From Paraspadella gotoi (taxonomy: Eukaryota; Animalia; Chaetognatha): DNA of 64,000 nucleotides. The position numbers were made by a program, and so were the translations under genes. The stretch spans positions 28,439,141 to 28,503,140 of the forward strand of contig CM119265.1 of the NCBI GenBank assembly GCA_051294375.1. The letters are read 5' to 3'. This document shows positions 1 to 12,326 of this stretch, in pieces (the first letter of the stretch is position 1; each line of letters opens with the position of its first letter). The notes below the pieces were generated by a model. The model was given only the letters and a program-made list of their open reading frames with translations. It did not search any database and had not been told where the DNA came from.

Positions 1-37
1 TTTACCACTTCATTTATATTGAAGCAAGGTGCTTTGG

Positions 38-172
38 GTGAGAATAAACGAGACTGTGAGAGAGTCTTGATTGAAAGCTTGCAGGATCTGCTATGTCATT
101 ATCTTGTAAGAGTGATGGAGGCCCTTAAACCACCAAAGCCTGTCAAAGTCAGAGGCAAGATAGCTTATTTAT
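38..172 (+). repeat. Interspersed repeat (retroposon 3'-end-like); other copies at about 52690-52805 (+) and 57890-58040 (-)
   Basis: Shared blocks ttgattgaaagcttgca..ctgctatg.cattatcttgta..aaagtc..gcaagatagcttatttatt. Confidence 0.6.
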
Positions 173-282
173 TAGGCCGGAACAGGTTGAAAACTAGAAG
201 TTCTCTCAAATAAATAATGATAAAGTGACTGTTAAAGAATATGAAAATAAAAATAATTTTAAAAAATTATCTTATTAATAAG

Positions 283-666
283 CGCACGGAAGCATTTAAA
301 GATTATTTTATTACTATATATAGTTAAAATTTTTTTTTGAATTTTTCAATTTTTTTTAATGGATTCTGATAGAGCTTTAAAAGTTAGATAAAGGTTATTA
401 ATACAAATTTTAAAAAATTTTGTTGTTTTATTGATAAAAATTTTAAAAAACTGAAAAATTCAGCCAATGATGATGATGATGATGATTTTTTAACGTTTTT
501 TCTTGTTTTTAACCAATTTTCTTGTCAAAATTTTAAAAAATTGTAGTACTAACTTTCATTTAACTTTTCAAGCTCTATAGGAATCCGTTCTTTAAAAAAC
601 TTACTTTTTTAAAAAAATTTTTTGTCATTTGTTATATATTAATAAATATTTAAAAAGCTTCAGTGC
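283..666. mobile_element. Foldback/MITE-like non-autonomous DNA element
   Basis: Imperfect long inverted arms, e.g. gcacggaagc.. / ..gcttcagtgc and ggattctgatagagc / gctctataggaatcc. Confidence 0.4.
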
Positions 667-1329
667 AACAACCCAATGAACTAATTCAAAAAGTTGCATT
701 GAAAATCGATTTAGTAATAGAAGGAAAAAAGGAATTTTTTTTGAGAGAATTAAAAGTTATAAAAAGTGTTCAATTTTGGCCCGCCCTTATTATTTATGAA
801 ATGAATGGATAATTTTTTAATATTGGTTGTACCAATTTCATAGCCATCCTCCGCTGTCACCTCACCAATCAGCATCAATTGTCAAGGCATTGCTAAATAG
901 CCCAGGTCTTTCTAAATTATTCTCGCAAGCGGCTTAAAATATAATCCAATGGTTATCATGTAGCAAACTATAACTAGTATCTAGTAACTAATTCCCCTCT
1001 TGTCCCCATCTCCTCCTCCTCCTCCTCCTCCTCCTCCTCCCCTTCCATCTCTTCCTCCTTCCTCTCCCCCTCCTCCTCCTCCTCCTCAGAGTTCTCCAAT
1101 CTTCTCCAGTTTTCTCCACCAGACGAACTCAAGAAATTGACTCTCAGAATTTTGAGAAAAACTAGAAAAGGAGTCACTGACTTTGCCGCCATCTTCCGCC
1201 AGTTCAGTGAGTCAAGTGAAAATAATTATACTGCGATGCAGAAATACAATCGTCGGAATATATTGTCAATTTTCTTCGTTTTTTACTGATGCGCCGTGGC
1301 AAACGCCGTGGCAAACGCTCTCTCTGTGC

Positions 1330-1560
1330 ATATAATTTGCCTGAAGTTGGTTGCTCATTTGTTGAGACAGAAAAATACCTCGATTCTAAGGGACTGCTTG
1401 CGCCGCTTTCAGGAATTCTTAAAAAATATAAGGAATAAAAGAGTGTATGTCATAAAGACAAGTTTTTTATTTATATAATATCATGTCATGTCTTATCATG
1501 TGATCACGTGAAAATAAAGTCACTGCGGCGCAACACATTGGAATTGCCCTTATTGTTAGT
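1330..1560 (+). mobile_element. HINE/DINE-1-like non-autonomous element; related copies at 1790-2185 and 62325-62560
   Basis: Shared ttgctcatttgtt.agaca..aaa and tgcggcgcaacacattggaa ends. The related copies carry a ggtcggtc/ctgtcc microsatellite. Confidence 0.5.
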
Positions 1561-1574
1561 TAGAAATGTAGCCT

Positions 1575-1765
1575 TCAGTCGTGACCCGATGGGTTATTGA
1601 GTAATACCATCAGCTCATGACCATTAGGTACTGGGATAGATCCCCAATGATACCTACCCTGTGGGAGCGTGGAAAACCCTCAATCCTGGATCCAACAGCA
1701 GGACCCATTCCATGGCTGCTAGAGGGGGTTAAAGAAGTTGCAGATAGCGCTCTTCAACCCACTCA
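1575..1765 (+). mobile_element. SINE-like repeat (copy of the family at 6855-7185)
   Basis: Matches the reverse complement of 6855-7185 (taataccatcagct..ccattaggtac..tacctaccctg..cctggatcc..ttccatggctgct..tcaacccact). Confidence 0.55.
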
Positions 1766-2315
1766 GCTCCTTATCAATAGGAAATCCATGGTCGGTCGGT
1801 AGGTTGGTATGTCTGTCCATCGGTCTGTCCCATTTACATTTTAAATTGGGTAAAGCTTTATCAACTCAGTATTTATTAAATAGAAAAGTGAGTTGCAGAG
1901 GATTTTTCGTGTGCATAAGTGCATCATGCAGTTAAGAGATCACCGGAAAAAAAATCGATTACACGACCTAAAATACAATGTGGCATAATTAATTAAGTAC
2001 GGAATCATTTTAGTTGATACTCAGCCGACTGATAATATATTATTAGATGCTTCTTGTGCATATGTTTTATATTAAATGCGTCCAGCCTCTTCGGAGGAGT
2101 GGGTTCGAAGTCGGGTGTCGAATATACACGGGATAACAAAATCACTGCGTCGCAACACAACATTTGAATTTCCCTTCTTGTTCTTATTAATCCTTCATAT
2201 TTGATGAGCCCAAACCCCGCCTCACATTTGGCCCTTCATCTCCCTTTTCCCTTTCCTCCTCTTCTCCTCTGCCTCCTATTCCCTCCTATTCCCCTCCACC
2301 CCCTTCTTCCCCCAG

Positions 2316-2485
2316 ACCCCCCAAACGACGAGAGCCACCTCGGACTCTTTCGTCGCCTCTTTCTCGCCCTCTCTTCCTTTGGCGGCGAGATCAAAGGAAT
2401 CGTTTCCATAGCCGACGATTACTTCGTTGTCTACAACAACAACATCCACGAGGAATTGATGGAGCATATTGAGGATAGGTGAGGA

Positions 2486-2520
<35 letters not shown>

Positions 2521-3976
2521 TATTCATTCAATAAATCTAATGAATCAAACCAATATGAAGCAATTAATCAAATAATATATTAATCAATCTATTTGACAAA
2601 TTATCAAATTATCAATCAATCAATCAATCAATCAATCAATTTCAAGAGGCAATAAATACATTTTTCGTTCAATTTATTGTTGCGCATCAATTTGATAAAG
2701 AATTAATGACTTAAAAAATATTTTAAATCGTTCCCTAAATTATGATTTCAAAACGCATTTACGCATGTATGTTTTTCACAATCTCATTTTATCGATTTTT
2801 AAATAGTATAATGTAAGCCTCACATTAAAATAAGGTTGGACAATTTGATCCAAAATTTGGAAGCGATGGACTCCTTGCTCGTCAGAGTTTTGCTGCAAAA
2901 AGTGCTGCAAGTTTACGCCGATGCAATTTGATTCTACTCAACTGGATAGATATACTTCCTCAGGCCGCTAATGCTGCAAAAAAATTAGCTTGATTTTTTT
3001 TATCGCCCAATTTGTAATTTCTACATAGAATACATACGAGCATTTTATTTTAACTCTTGAAATTTAAAGTTTTTATTGTTTTTAAAAAATATATATATAT
3101 TTTACTTTGCCCTGTTAAAAACATGTAATCATAGAGTCGAAATATTGCTGTTTTATTTTAACAAAAAATTCCTTTTGTAAACAATAAAACAAATTGTTTT
3201 CTCTAAATTTCAAACACAACGAAATACAAAGTTAGAAATTAAATATCAAAGTTTACATTAATTTCCGGGAAGGAACATAAATGGGGCGCTTTAAGAAAAT
3301 GGCGCCCACAAAATCACTAAATCACACATTGACGCCAAAACAAAGAAAGTAAAAACTTTTTTTGGATGAAAAAACGAATAAAACGTCTAGAAAACGAAAG
3401 GGATTGTGGTTAAACTTAATTCAAGCTTTGACCAACGAAGGCGTGAGAAGAAAAATACGAAAACACAAGTGAATCTTTTCGTTTTCCGTGAAAAATCAAC
3501 AAAAAGTGAAGAAAACGGCGGAAAGGGAAGCGGGCGGCCGCGGCGGCGTGCGGCTGCGGCGGCGGGTGGCGGCGGTGGCGGGAAAGTTTAAAAGGAAAGG
3601 AACGAAAGAATTAAATGATTAAAAAAATCCTCTTGCATTTTTTTGTCTAAAAAAGAACCGAGGCAATTTTAAAGAAAGAAAACTTTGAAAAATGTTGATT
3701 TATTTTCTTGTATTACATGTCACTTTGTTAACGAGGTTCTTCGACTGTCGCGTGATTAAAATAAAACCCCATCATGGCGACAATTTAGGTTCGAGACAAA
3801 AAAGGTAACGAAGCTATTTTGAATATCATATCGATCACGATGACTAATGTAACTAATGTCGACTTGGTTTCCAGACAAACTCCAGACTTTCACGGACCTG
3901 GATATCAGATGGGAGTCGCTTATCCTCAGACCATGTCATTCACTGGAACGGATAATGAAGTGATTCTATATTTGGG

Positions 3977-4008
<32 letters not shown>

Positions 4009-6018
4009 TTCTAAATCAATCGATATAATAATTGAGGAATTCATCAATTAAATAAACTTATATATCAATTCATTAGTATGTTTTTATGAAGGTCTAAAAC
4101 TAAGACTTTATATCTGTGATTTTTTTCATTAAAACTAAGAAAACTTTTCTAATCTCGAATATCAATTCATCTATTAATTCGTCAGTTACTTCAGGGGCCA
4201 ATTAATGAATCAATAAGTTAGCTAATGAGGCAATCAATCAATAAATCAATCATTATGTAATATTATGAATTATTAAATCAATAAATCAATCAACCCATCA
4301 ATCACTAAATCCGTTAATCAACCGCCCTCTCTCCCACAGGGTCACAAAATGCACGTTCACTATCACCGTCACAACATGATGAATCACTTGGCCAATTCTC
4401 ACCAACTTCACCGGGATCACGTGAAACACGTAGTCGACCATCACCTCCACGATCACGTGCATCACAATCACTTCAACTTTCAGACGCAACATCATCTTCC
4501 TCAGCATTCAGTTCTTCACAGGTGTGATCATTTGAAAATGTGAATGAGGGAAATATTTTCTTCTTTTGCTACTTTGCCTTCTTCTCTCTCTCTNNNNNNN
4601 NNNCTCTCTCTCCAGATTTCACTACGACCACCACTCAGCTCATCATCAAGCGAATATGAACAACAAACTATTTTATAGACCCCAAGTCAGTAACGCTTAC
4701 GCCTTTGTCAAAGATCATCATCATCATCACAAGTAAGAACTCATTTAAGTGTTTGTATTGTCTTAATATTAATTCCCTTTCATAGACGAATCATTCAATC
4801 AATCAATCAATCAATCAATAAATGAATTAATTAATCAACCAATTAATCTATAAATCTATAAATCCCAAAATGTAAACCAATCAATCAATAACTGAATTAG
4901 CTAAGTCATCTTACAATCATTTCCTCAAATAACTAATTAATAAATCAATTAAGCAAATAACCATTCTAATCAATCAAACAATCAATCTTTGGACCTCAGG
5001 CACAAGAGAAACAAGTACCACCACAATTATCCATCCGAAGAAGTCGTTGATCATGAATACAGAGATCACGGATCGAGGGGACATTTGAGATTGCAGGTTT
5101 CACGGTTTCACTTGTTGTACTTGTATTGTATCATAAAAGTTAATGTTTATATGTAAAAACAATTTATTATTAATTTCTCAATTATTACATTAGGGCCATA
5201 TTTATTACTATTACTTACCTAATAAAATGTCAAAAATGTAAAAATGTTTTTTTATATAAAAGTATAAGCCACTGAGAAAATTTAAAAATAAAAAAATATA
5301 TATATACTTATTTACATACAAAAAATGTTTGTGATTCACTATTTGAATTTGGATTTTATTTTTTTTTTTTTGAAATTTTCACAACGCTTAACATTACATT
5401 ACGCCTTATCATTACCAACTGACGAAACTTACCATTAACTTACCTCACCCCGCCCACAGCCTGGACAAAACGCTGCGACGTCTCTCTCGATGCCTGATCG
5501 GTCAGGCGGCAGTCAAAGCCATCGACTGTTCGATCCCACGATAGAAGCTCAATCAGGCGCTCAATCTCAATCAAGAATAGACGCCTGGCAACCTTTGCAG
5601 AATAATCAGGCGATGCAGTCTCACGCCGGGATGCAATACCCTTCGCCCATGCAACCAGGGATGGAATATGGGATGCAATCTATGATGCAATCGGGGATCC
5701 AATCTGACATGCAAGCAGGGATGCAAGCAGGGATGCAAGCAAGGATACCATCTGACATACAATCAGGGATGCAAGCAGGGATGCAATCTGACTTACAATC
5801 AGGGATGCAAGCAGGGATGCAAGCAGGGATACCATCTGACATACAATCAGGGATGCAAGCAGGGATACAATCTGACTTACAATCAGGGATGCAAGCAGGG
5901 ATGCAATCTGACATACAATCTGGGATGCAAGGCGTCCCTTCCTATCTTCCTTCGTCCCAAACAGTCGATCTCAATTCTTTTCGACTTTCAAATGATTTCC
6001 ACCCCGCTGCATCGATCA

Positions 6019-6054
<36 letters not shown>

Positions 6055-6584
6055 GCGGTAGCGCCGATCCGACCATCTCTCGATCTCTCCGCCATACGAA
6101 CGATGCCGGTGAGGCTGCGGCGCTATCAGACGGCGCCGTAGATTGGACGTCTTTCGATGCGCCGTCAGAAGCAGACGCCTTGACCGACAAACGACCGACG
6201 TCTCTTCGCCGCATGGAGAAACTTCGCTACGGAGACGACGTCGGGCAAAATGTTCGTGAAGGACTGACCGACATCGAACCGACGCAGCTGTTGACGAGAT
6301 CGGGACTTTATGAAGGGAGGCAGCGGATGCAGGAGATGCAGCAGCCGTCGAGATTCGGGCTGCAGATGACGTCGCTGCAAGGAAGAAATTTGCAAAATTG
6401 GGGGAGTCCGATGCAGGGAGGAATCGAAATGCAAAGGATGCAAGAGATGCAGCCGATTCAGCAGGGAAATGCGATGCAGGGGCTGCAGAGAATTCAAGGG
6501 ATGCAGCAGGGAAATGCGATGCAGGGGCTGCAGGGAATGCAGGGGATGCAGCAGGGAAATGCGATGCATAGAAGATTCTTTTAA
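2316..6584 (+). CDS. Spliced orphan gene encoding a His-rich, then Met/Gln/Gly tetrapeptide-repeat protein (5' exon not located)
   Basis: GT-AG exons with compatible phases at 2316-2478, 3875-3959, 4340-4521, 4616-4732, 5000-5096 and 5460-6584 give one open frame (...GHKMHVHYHRH...DHHHHHKHKR...QAGMQSDIQSGM...MHRRFF*). The first exon is preceded by a polypyrimidine acceptor (phase 1), so an upstream exon is missing. Confidence 0.75.
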
Positions 6585-6854
6585 AAAGCGAGATGTGTTT
6601 AGGAATTGTCATTGTTGATATTTGTAATAAATACTTTTCATGCTTTTCAGTTTGGGTAATTTATCTAAAAATACTAAAAAAGGCTTTTCCAAGTGGATGC
6701 TGTACATGAATTTAGTGATAAAGATTGACTGGCGTTTACAGTTATTATGCTGGGAGACAGTTGAAAAAGATGTTTTAATCGGGCTGATATTTAACAAATT
6801 GCGCCATTACGGGGCTGTTTTAAGGAACAATCCCACAATCAAAATGTGGATAGG

Positions 6855-7185
6855 GGGGTAAGTGGGTTGAGGATCTTCTATGCCCCCTGAGCAGCCATGG
6901 AACGGATCCTGAGCTAGGATCCAGGCTTGGGGGTTTTCTAGGTCCCCAAGGCGGGTTACAGCCGTCCTCACGGTTCCCGCAGGGTAGGTAGCATTGGGGA
7001 TCGATCCGGGTACAATCGGGGATCGATCTCGGTACAATTGGGGATCGATCTCGGTACAATTGGGTATCGATCTCGGTACAATTGGGGATCGATCTCGGTA
7101 CAATTGGGAATCGATCCCGGTACGGCGGTACCTAATGGCCATTAGCTGATGGTATTATTCAATGAGCCAAAGGTATCTTGCTGGG
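6855..7185 (-). mobile_element. SINE-like repeat with an internal 6 x 22-bp tandem array
   Basis: Homologous to 1575-1765. The unit aattggggatcgatctcggtac is repeated at 6993-7123 and its minus strand resembles a Pol III B-box (GATCGATTCCC). Confidence 0.55.
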
Positions 7186-8946
7186 GTGGGGTGAATTTAG
7201 GCAATTCCCGACTACAAATACAAGGGAAATTCTATTTAAATTGTGATTGTTTTACAAAAATAAAATATATATAATTTATATAATAACAAAATATTTGTGC
7301 GGATTTTGGGGATTTCTTAAAACTATACTAGATATACCAATCGTATTTCAATTGAGCTAAACTAATAGTCATAAAAGAAATTCAATAGTACTAAAATTGT
7401 GTTTAAACATAAAATTATATTGTTAAATAAATTTTTATTCACACATGACGAATAAGATAACAGACTCAGAGAGTAAAAAACAAAAAGTGCCATCTCTGAA
7501 TCCTATAAAATCTTATAATCTTATATCCTATAAAATGGAAAACTTAATGCGGTAGGTCTGCAAAATAAGATCAAAGAAGGATTTTCTTCAAAAGCTAATT
7601 TAAAAGAAGTCAATCTAGCTGCGTCAATCCTCTCTTTTCTCTCACTATCATTTGCTATCTCATTGTCTCTCTCCTTCTCTTTGTTCAATACAAAACGATA
7701 CTAAAAATTTGTAAACTATATTTAAATATATCAACAAAATTTAACAATTCAAAAGATGCGGTTTAAAAAAATTTCACCAAAAGAAACAAAATTGCAAACA
7801 GAGATTTAAAAAGCGGAGAACTGTTTCTGTTTTTTAAAAAAAAATTACAAAAATTGTTAAGAAAAGTTAAGAAACTGGATCTTTATCGCAAAACTCTGAG
7901 GCACTATCCACATTGCTCCGTCTTCGTCTCGTCGCGGCGAGAATAGAACAATAGAGAAGAAAAAGAGAAAATGAACTAAAACTCGCCGTGGCGATGGAAC
8001 AAATGAACCTCATGGAGAAAAAACTGAACTTCTTCTCTGATAGAGAAGAAAACTGGAAAATGACCTCGACTTTTTGTAGTTTGGGAATTGGAATGGTATA
8101 TTAGGACTAAGCTCTGACGAAAAAAGTCAGAGGTTTTTTAATATATTCTTTGACCGGCCAATGTAGATTGATGGCAATATTGCTATTGTTAAGTTTCAAA
8201 AAAATCCGACCATAAATATAGAAAATATTAACCAAAATCTTCGGAAAATCCACCCCTTCTTTGGAAGATTTTCGCCATATAAGATTTTTCCGAATCTGAC
8301 TCCCGGTTGAAAACTCTTAGAATTCCGATCGTGAGCTCCTCTTTTACTTTTACTTTAAATAAAAATTTCACCAAAATGGACTAATTCACTTTACCATGAT
8401 CGTATCATATTAAAATAACCAAATAAAATGTGAAGAAAAATTTTGAGAGCCCTTCAGACATATTTCTATCGGATTCCTGAATTTGAAGTTTATTGTAAAA
8501 TGACAACATACCTTAAATGCGTTGACATTGTATTGAAGTTGAGAAATCCCTTTATTTTATATATAAAAATTCGTCAAAAATATTTTCCCGAGCTGACCAG
8601 TCTATTTGAACTTGATGGTTTGATGTCAAAATGATGGTTAATTGTCAAGAGAAAAAAAATGCGAGCCCTTGAGATGTAACAGGATCGGAATCGAGTGTTT
8701 TTACATCTGATTTTTACCTGAATTTTTCCTAGGGGCGTTGACATTATTTGGTAGTCAGATTTTAATGAATATCTCCATTGAAAAAGTCTTCCTCGATTTC
8801 TAAGAACGACTTTGATAAATCATCAAAAAGAAGATGAATAAAGAAAAAAAAAAGATCATAAGGAATATTAACCAAAGAAACTGTCTTTCCATCTGACATA
8901 ATTCAACAGGCAATGTCCTTGCAATTACCAAGGATGCAGCCAGACA

Positions 8947-9255
8947 ATGGTCGTTCAAGGTTGCCAAAAAATAGAGACATTCATCAGAGAACATAATCGA
9001 AAACTACACGAAAAGCTCTTTAATAAGAATTCAAAAATTAAAATAATGAGTTATATCAAAATATCATCGGTAGAAAATGCCGGAACGAACTTATTTTATT
9101 GTTCAATCTGTCCTTTGCCAGCAGCAAAAATACTTCATTGCTTGCTTATCTCAGATTTTAAAAGTCACGCAAGACATCACTTAGCCATGGATGAATTAAT
9201 CAATGACAGCAATCCCATCGTGTGCAGTAGAGCGTTCAAATATAACAAAATATAA
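8947..9255 (+). CDS. Small ORF with one C2H2-like zinc-finger motif, probably element-derived
   Basis: FYCSIC-x-FKSHARHH pattern in a 102-aa ORF. No other support. Confidence 0.3.
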   Translation: MVVQGCQKIETFIREHNRKLHEKLFNKNSKIKIMSYIKISSVENAGTNLFYCSICPLPAAKILHCLLISDFKSHARHHLAMDELINDSNPIVCSRAFKYNKI

Positions 9256-10439
9256 GATATTAAATTCCATTCATAATTGTTTTACTGTAATAAGGTCTGA
9301 AGAATTCGATGGTGATGACCATTTTAATCGAGCCATGACCGGAGAAGCCGGTTCAGGCTCGATTTTGATTCGGGTCAGCTTCTTTGTGACGTCGTCGTCG
9401 TCGTCGTCACGCTTTTTTGTATAAAATCTACTACGCTTTTATAGTTTTGGCTGGACTTACCGTTTTTTTTTAAATAAAAATTATTATTAATTACGATGAA
9501 GTTTTATAAAAGTGTGTGATCATAGTAAGTTAAAAATTTAGATATGGCTTCTCATCTTGAAAAAGCTCTGATATTTTTTATTACATTTGGATTTAAGTAT
9601 TTTTTTGTCAGTAATATTTTATTTAGCCTCCGATTAGTAATTAATTCTTAATTTCAAATTTTGTCTCTCTAAATTTTCTTAGTCTCAAAGTTTAATATCC
9701 TGTAGATTCTCAGAGCTCGGCTCCTATTTTGTAAACATTTAGTGAAATAGATAAACAAAGGAAGAGAGACGGGAAGGAGGCAGAGAATTAAGTGCATTCC
9801 ATTTTTCGGTTCCAAGGGATTAAGTCGATTTATTAACATGGTTTAAAATTACAATTTACAACTTGGGCAATCTACAATTATTTCAGGTAACTTCAAATAC
9901 TAACTAGACAGATTATGCATAATCCAGCTCTCTATCCGTCATCTTTTGAGGGCCACAGACCACGTTACCAACATGGTGGCCAGCGTTGTTCGCTTAACGG
10001 ACAGCCTCGAAGTTATCTGTGCGTACGGATATTTGATTTTGTCCGAGTTGATAAGGGGGTGATGTTGAATAATTTTTCTTTTCCCCGAGAGGTTATTAGA
10101 CTGGTATGAAGGAGTTTTTCCTGATTATAAATATGGAATTGTTTTGTTTTTATTTCGATTTAGCCTCTCTGACGTTATGATGAATTATTTGGATCGAATT
10201 TTCGAGATTTTTGTATAATTCTACGAAAACCAAAACATTAATTGGAGCCAAATACATAGATCACGAATGTTTTTTTTTGACAGTTGTTTTTCGGGTTTGA
10301 ACGATTTCGGTTTTTCTCTCCACAATCGATTCGGATTACTTGCCATTAAGACGATTGCGAATTTTTCTTCGAAAAGTTGGATTATTGCGTTTTTGCGTGT
10401 GTCTCGATCTTGCAAATTTTAACGACGGAAAGAAGCGGA

Positions 10440-11611
10440 ATGGATGACAACAAGTGGGTCGAGGAGATGGAGTCGATGGACGAACTGGTTGGGAACCTGT
10501 CCGTCGGGGACGATTCCTCTGCGTCAGATGATGAGAGCGCCTTGGGCGCTGTTGGGGGCGCCGGAAGATCAGGTGTTCCCGCGGATACTTTTCGGATGGA
10601 GATGATGAGATGGCTGGAGATATGAAGTGGACGCTAACGGCTATGGTTTTGGTTGTCATGAATTCGAGAGAGAGAGAAATGCGAGGAATGTGGAGGTTTA
10701 CCTCCTGGATAGAGAGATGTTGGCGGTGACGCCGCCCGGCACGATCGACGGGTTCGGAATGGACCTACTGGTTGAGGGGCCGGGAACCGCGCTGGGACAC
10801 CCGCGGTTTATGCGTCTATTTTCGGCGGGGGAAGATGCATGGGGGCGAAGATGCCGCTTAGATTTTATAAATGGACTGACACTCTCTCGATTTGTTCGAG
10901 AGTTTTGGGAGAGGAGCGAGTAGCAAGGCCTCCGAGTCCCGTTACGGACTCCGACTCGGAGAGAAGAAATGCCGCCTCTGGAAAAGGTGGGTAACGACCG
11001 ATCGGAGCCGGTGGTGGACCGGGATGTCGAAGTGGTGCCACTCCTTCAGAGAGTGTGGTATGACCTCGTGAGGAGAATTAATATTCTACCGGCGGTTCCG
11101 GCTCAAATGGCGATTGATGGCCGACTAATCAAAACACGTCGACCATGGTTTACTTAAAAGAATTCGAATAGCCGTTTATGCTGGAGGCGAGCTGCCAGGT
11201 TCTTGGAGATGAAAAGAAGTGGGGTCAAGACAGTGATTCCTTTTTTGAGGATAACTTGTACCCCGTGATGGAAATTCCGCCTATGCGTTCGCTCGTGGAT
11301 TTCATGGATAGGCATCCTCGTAAGATTTTTCAAATTCAGACGCGCCCGTTTTTTTGTAGGAAAAACGAGGTTGTGCTAATTCGGCGACGAGGGATCCATG
11401 GCACTGGACGACAGCGCCATAGATCGATATGAAGGAACGCATAGAAGCGCGGGTCGCCAGATGAGAAGGCAGGTACACCGACAGGACCCTCCGAGAGAAA
11501 AGGCCCGTCGTAGGCAACCGTTGAGATCACACAGGACGTGGTGAATCTTGAATTATTGCTTGAGGAGTGGGACGGTATGCTCCGCTCCAGATTTGCTGGG
11601 GACTTGATATC
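10440..11611 (+). pseudogene. Decayed orphan ORF with several stops/frameshifts, truncated by the virus-like insert
   Basis: Chain of GC-rich + strand ORF pieces (10377-10625, 10627-10923, 10969-11157, 11178-11432) with coding-like composition that ends abruptly at 11612. Confidence 0.4.
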
Positions 11612-12043
11612 TTCCTACTATTAGGGCCAGCAAACCACTGCTAACACTCAGCAAGATCCACAAGTCAGCCAAATTGTCAGAAGATCACAGACAATTAGCT
11701 CTGTCCAAGCAGCCATGCAGTCGACCCAATCTGCCCAAGCTGGATCACAGCATCCCTCACCCCCAAGTAATCAGCATCAACCACAACCACCCCCACAAAG
11801 CTCACAGCACCAGCAAAATCCGTCCCAAACTGCTCAAAATGATCAAGCTCCAACTCCCCAACCACCACTTCCCTCTGTCAATACCTCACTTCCTGGTCCA
11901 TCGGGTTTTCGCTAAGAGGTGAACAGGGTCCCGATGATCACCTCGGCCAAGTAAGGGACACCAACACCTCAGGAAAAGATGCCAGGACTGCAGAGATTTT
12001 CTTAACAGACGGATCTATGTTGATGTTTTAAACGAAAAAAAAA
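11612..12043 (+). repeat. About 425-bp partial duplicate of 13780-14205 (frameshift region), ending in an A-run
   Basis: Near-identical except a few 1-nt indels and substitutions. It ends ..ttaaacgAAAAAAAAA where the main copy reads ..ttaaacgAAAATCCG. Confidence 0.9.
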
Positions 12044-12326
12044 TTCTTTAGAATATCTATATGCTTCTCTCTTAATGGCAGAACACCCCTCATGCTTAAT
12101 GTTTCTTAATGTTTTTCAAATCTGCCAACATCTTTAATTTAATACAAGTTTGAAAACAAAATTGTTGAATCTTAGAAATCAGCACGTGTTTAAGAAAACC
12201 CTTCCTACTGGCTTAATAACCAGTGAGGAGAGGGACTTCCATCTCTTCTGTTCAATTTACAAACCCAAAACGCCCACCTCCATCGCCATCGATAATCCTA
12301 TCACCAGTCACCTCATCTCAAGAAAA

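Noticed and set aside
52-85. Hammerhead-like GAAAGCTT in the dispersed repeat (also near 52730)
   Set aside because: The CUGANGA core and the NUH cleavage triplet are not intact in any copy here.
12185-12205. Mononegavirus-like gene-end signal TTAAGAAAA before ORF1
   Set aside because: A single short AT-rich match with no second convincing junction. A -1 PRF junction is also not typical of mononegaviral N-P genes.
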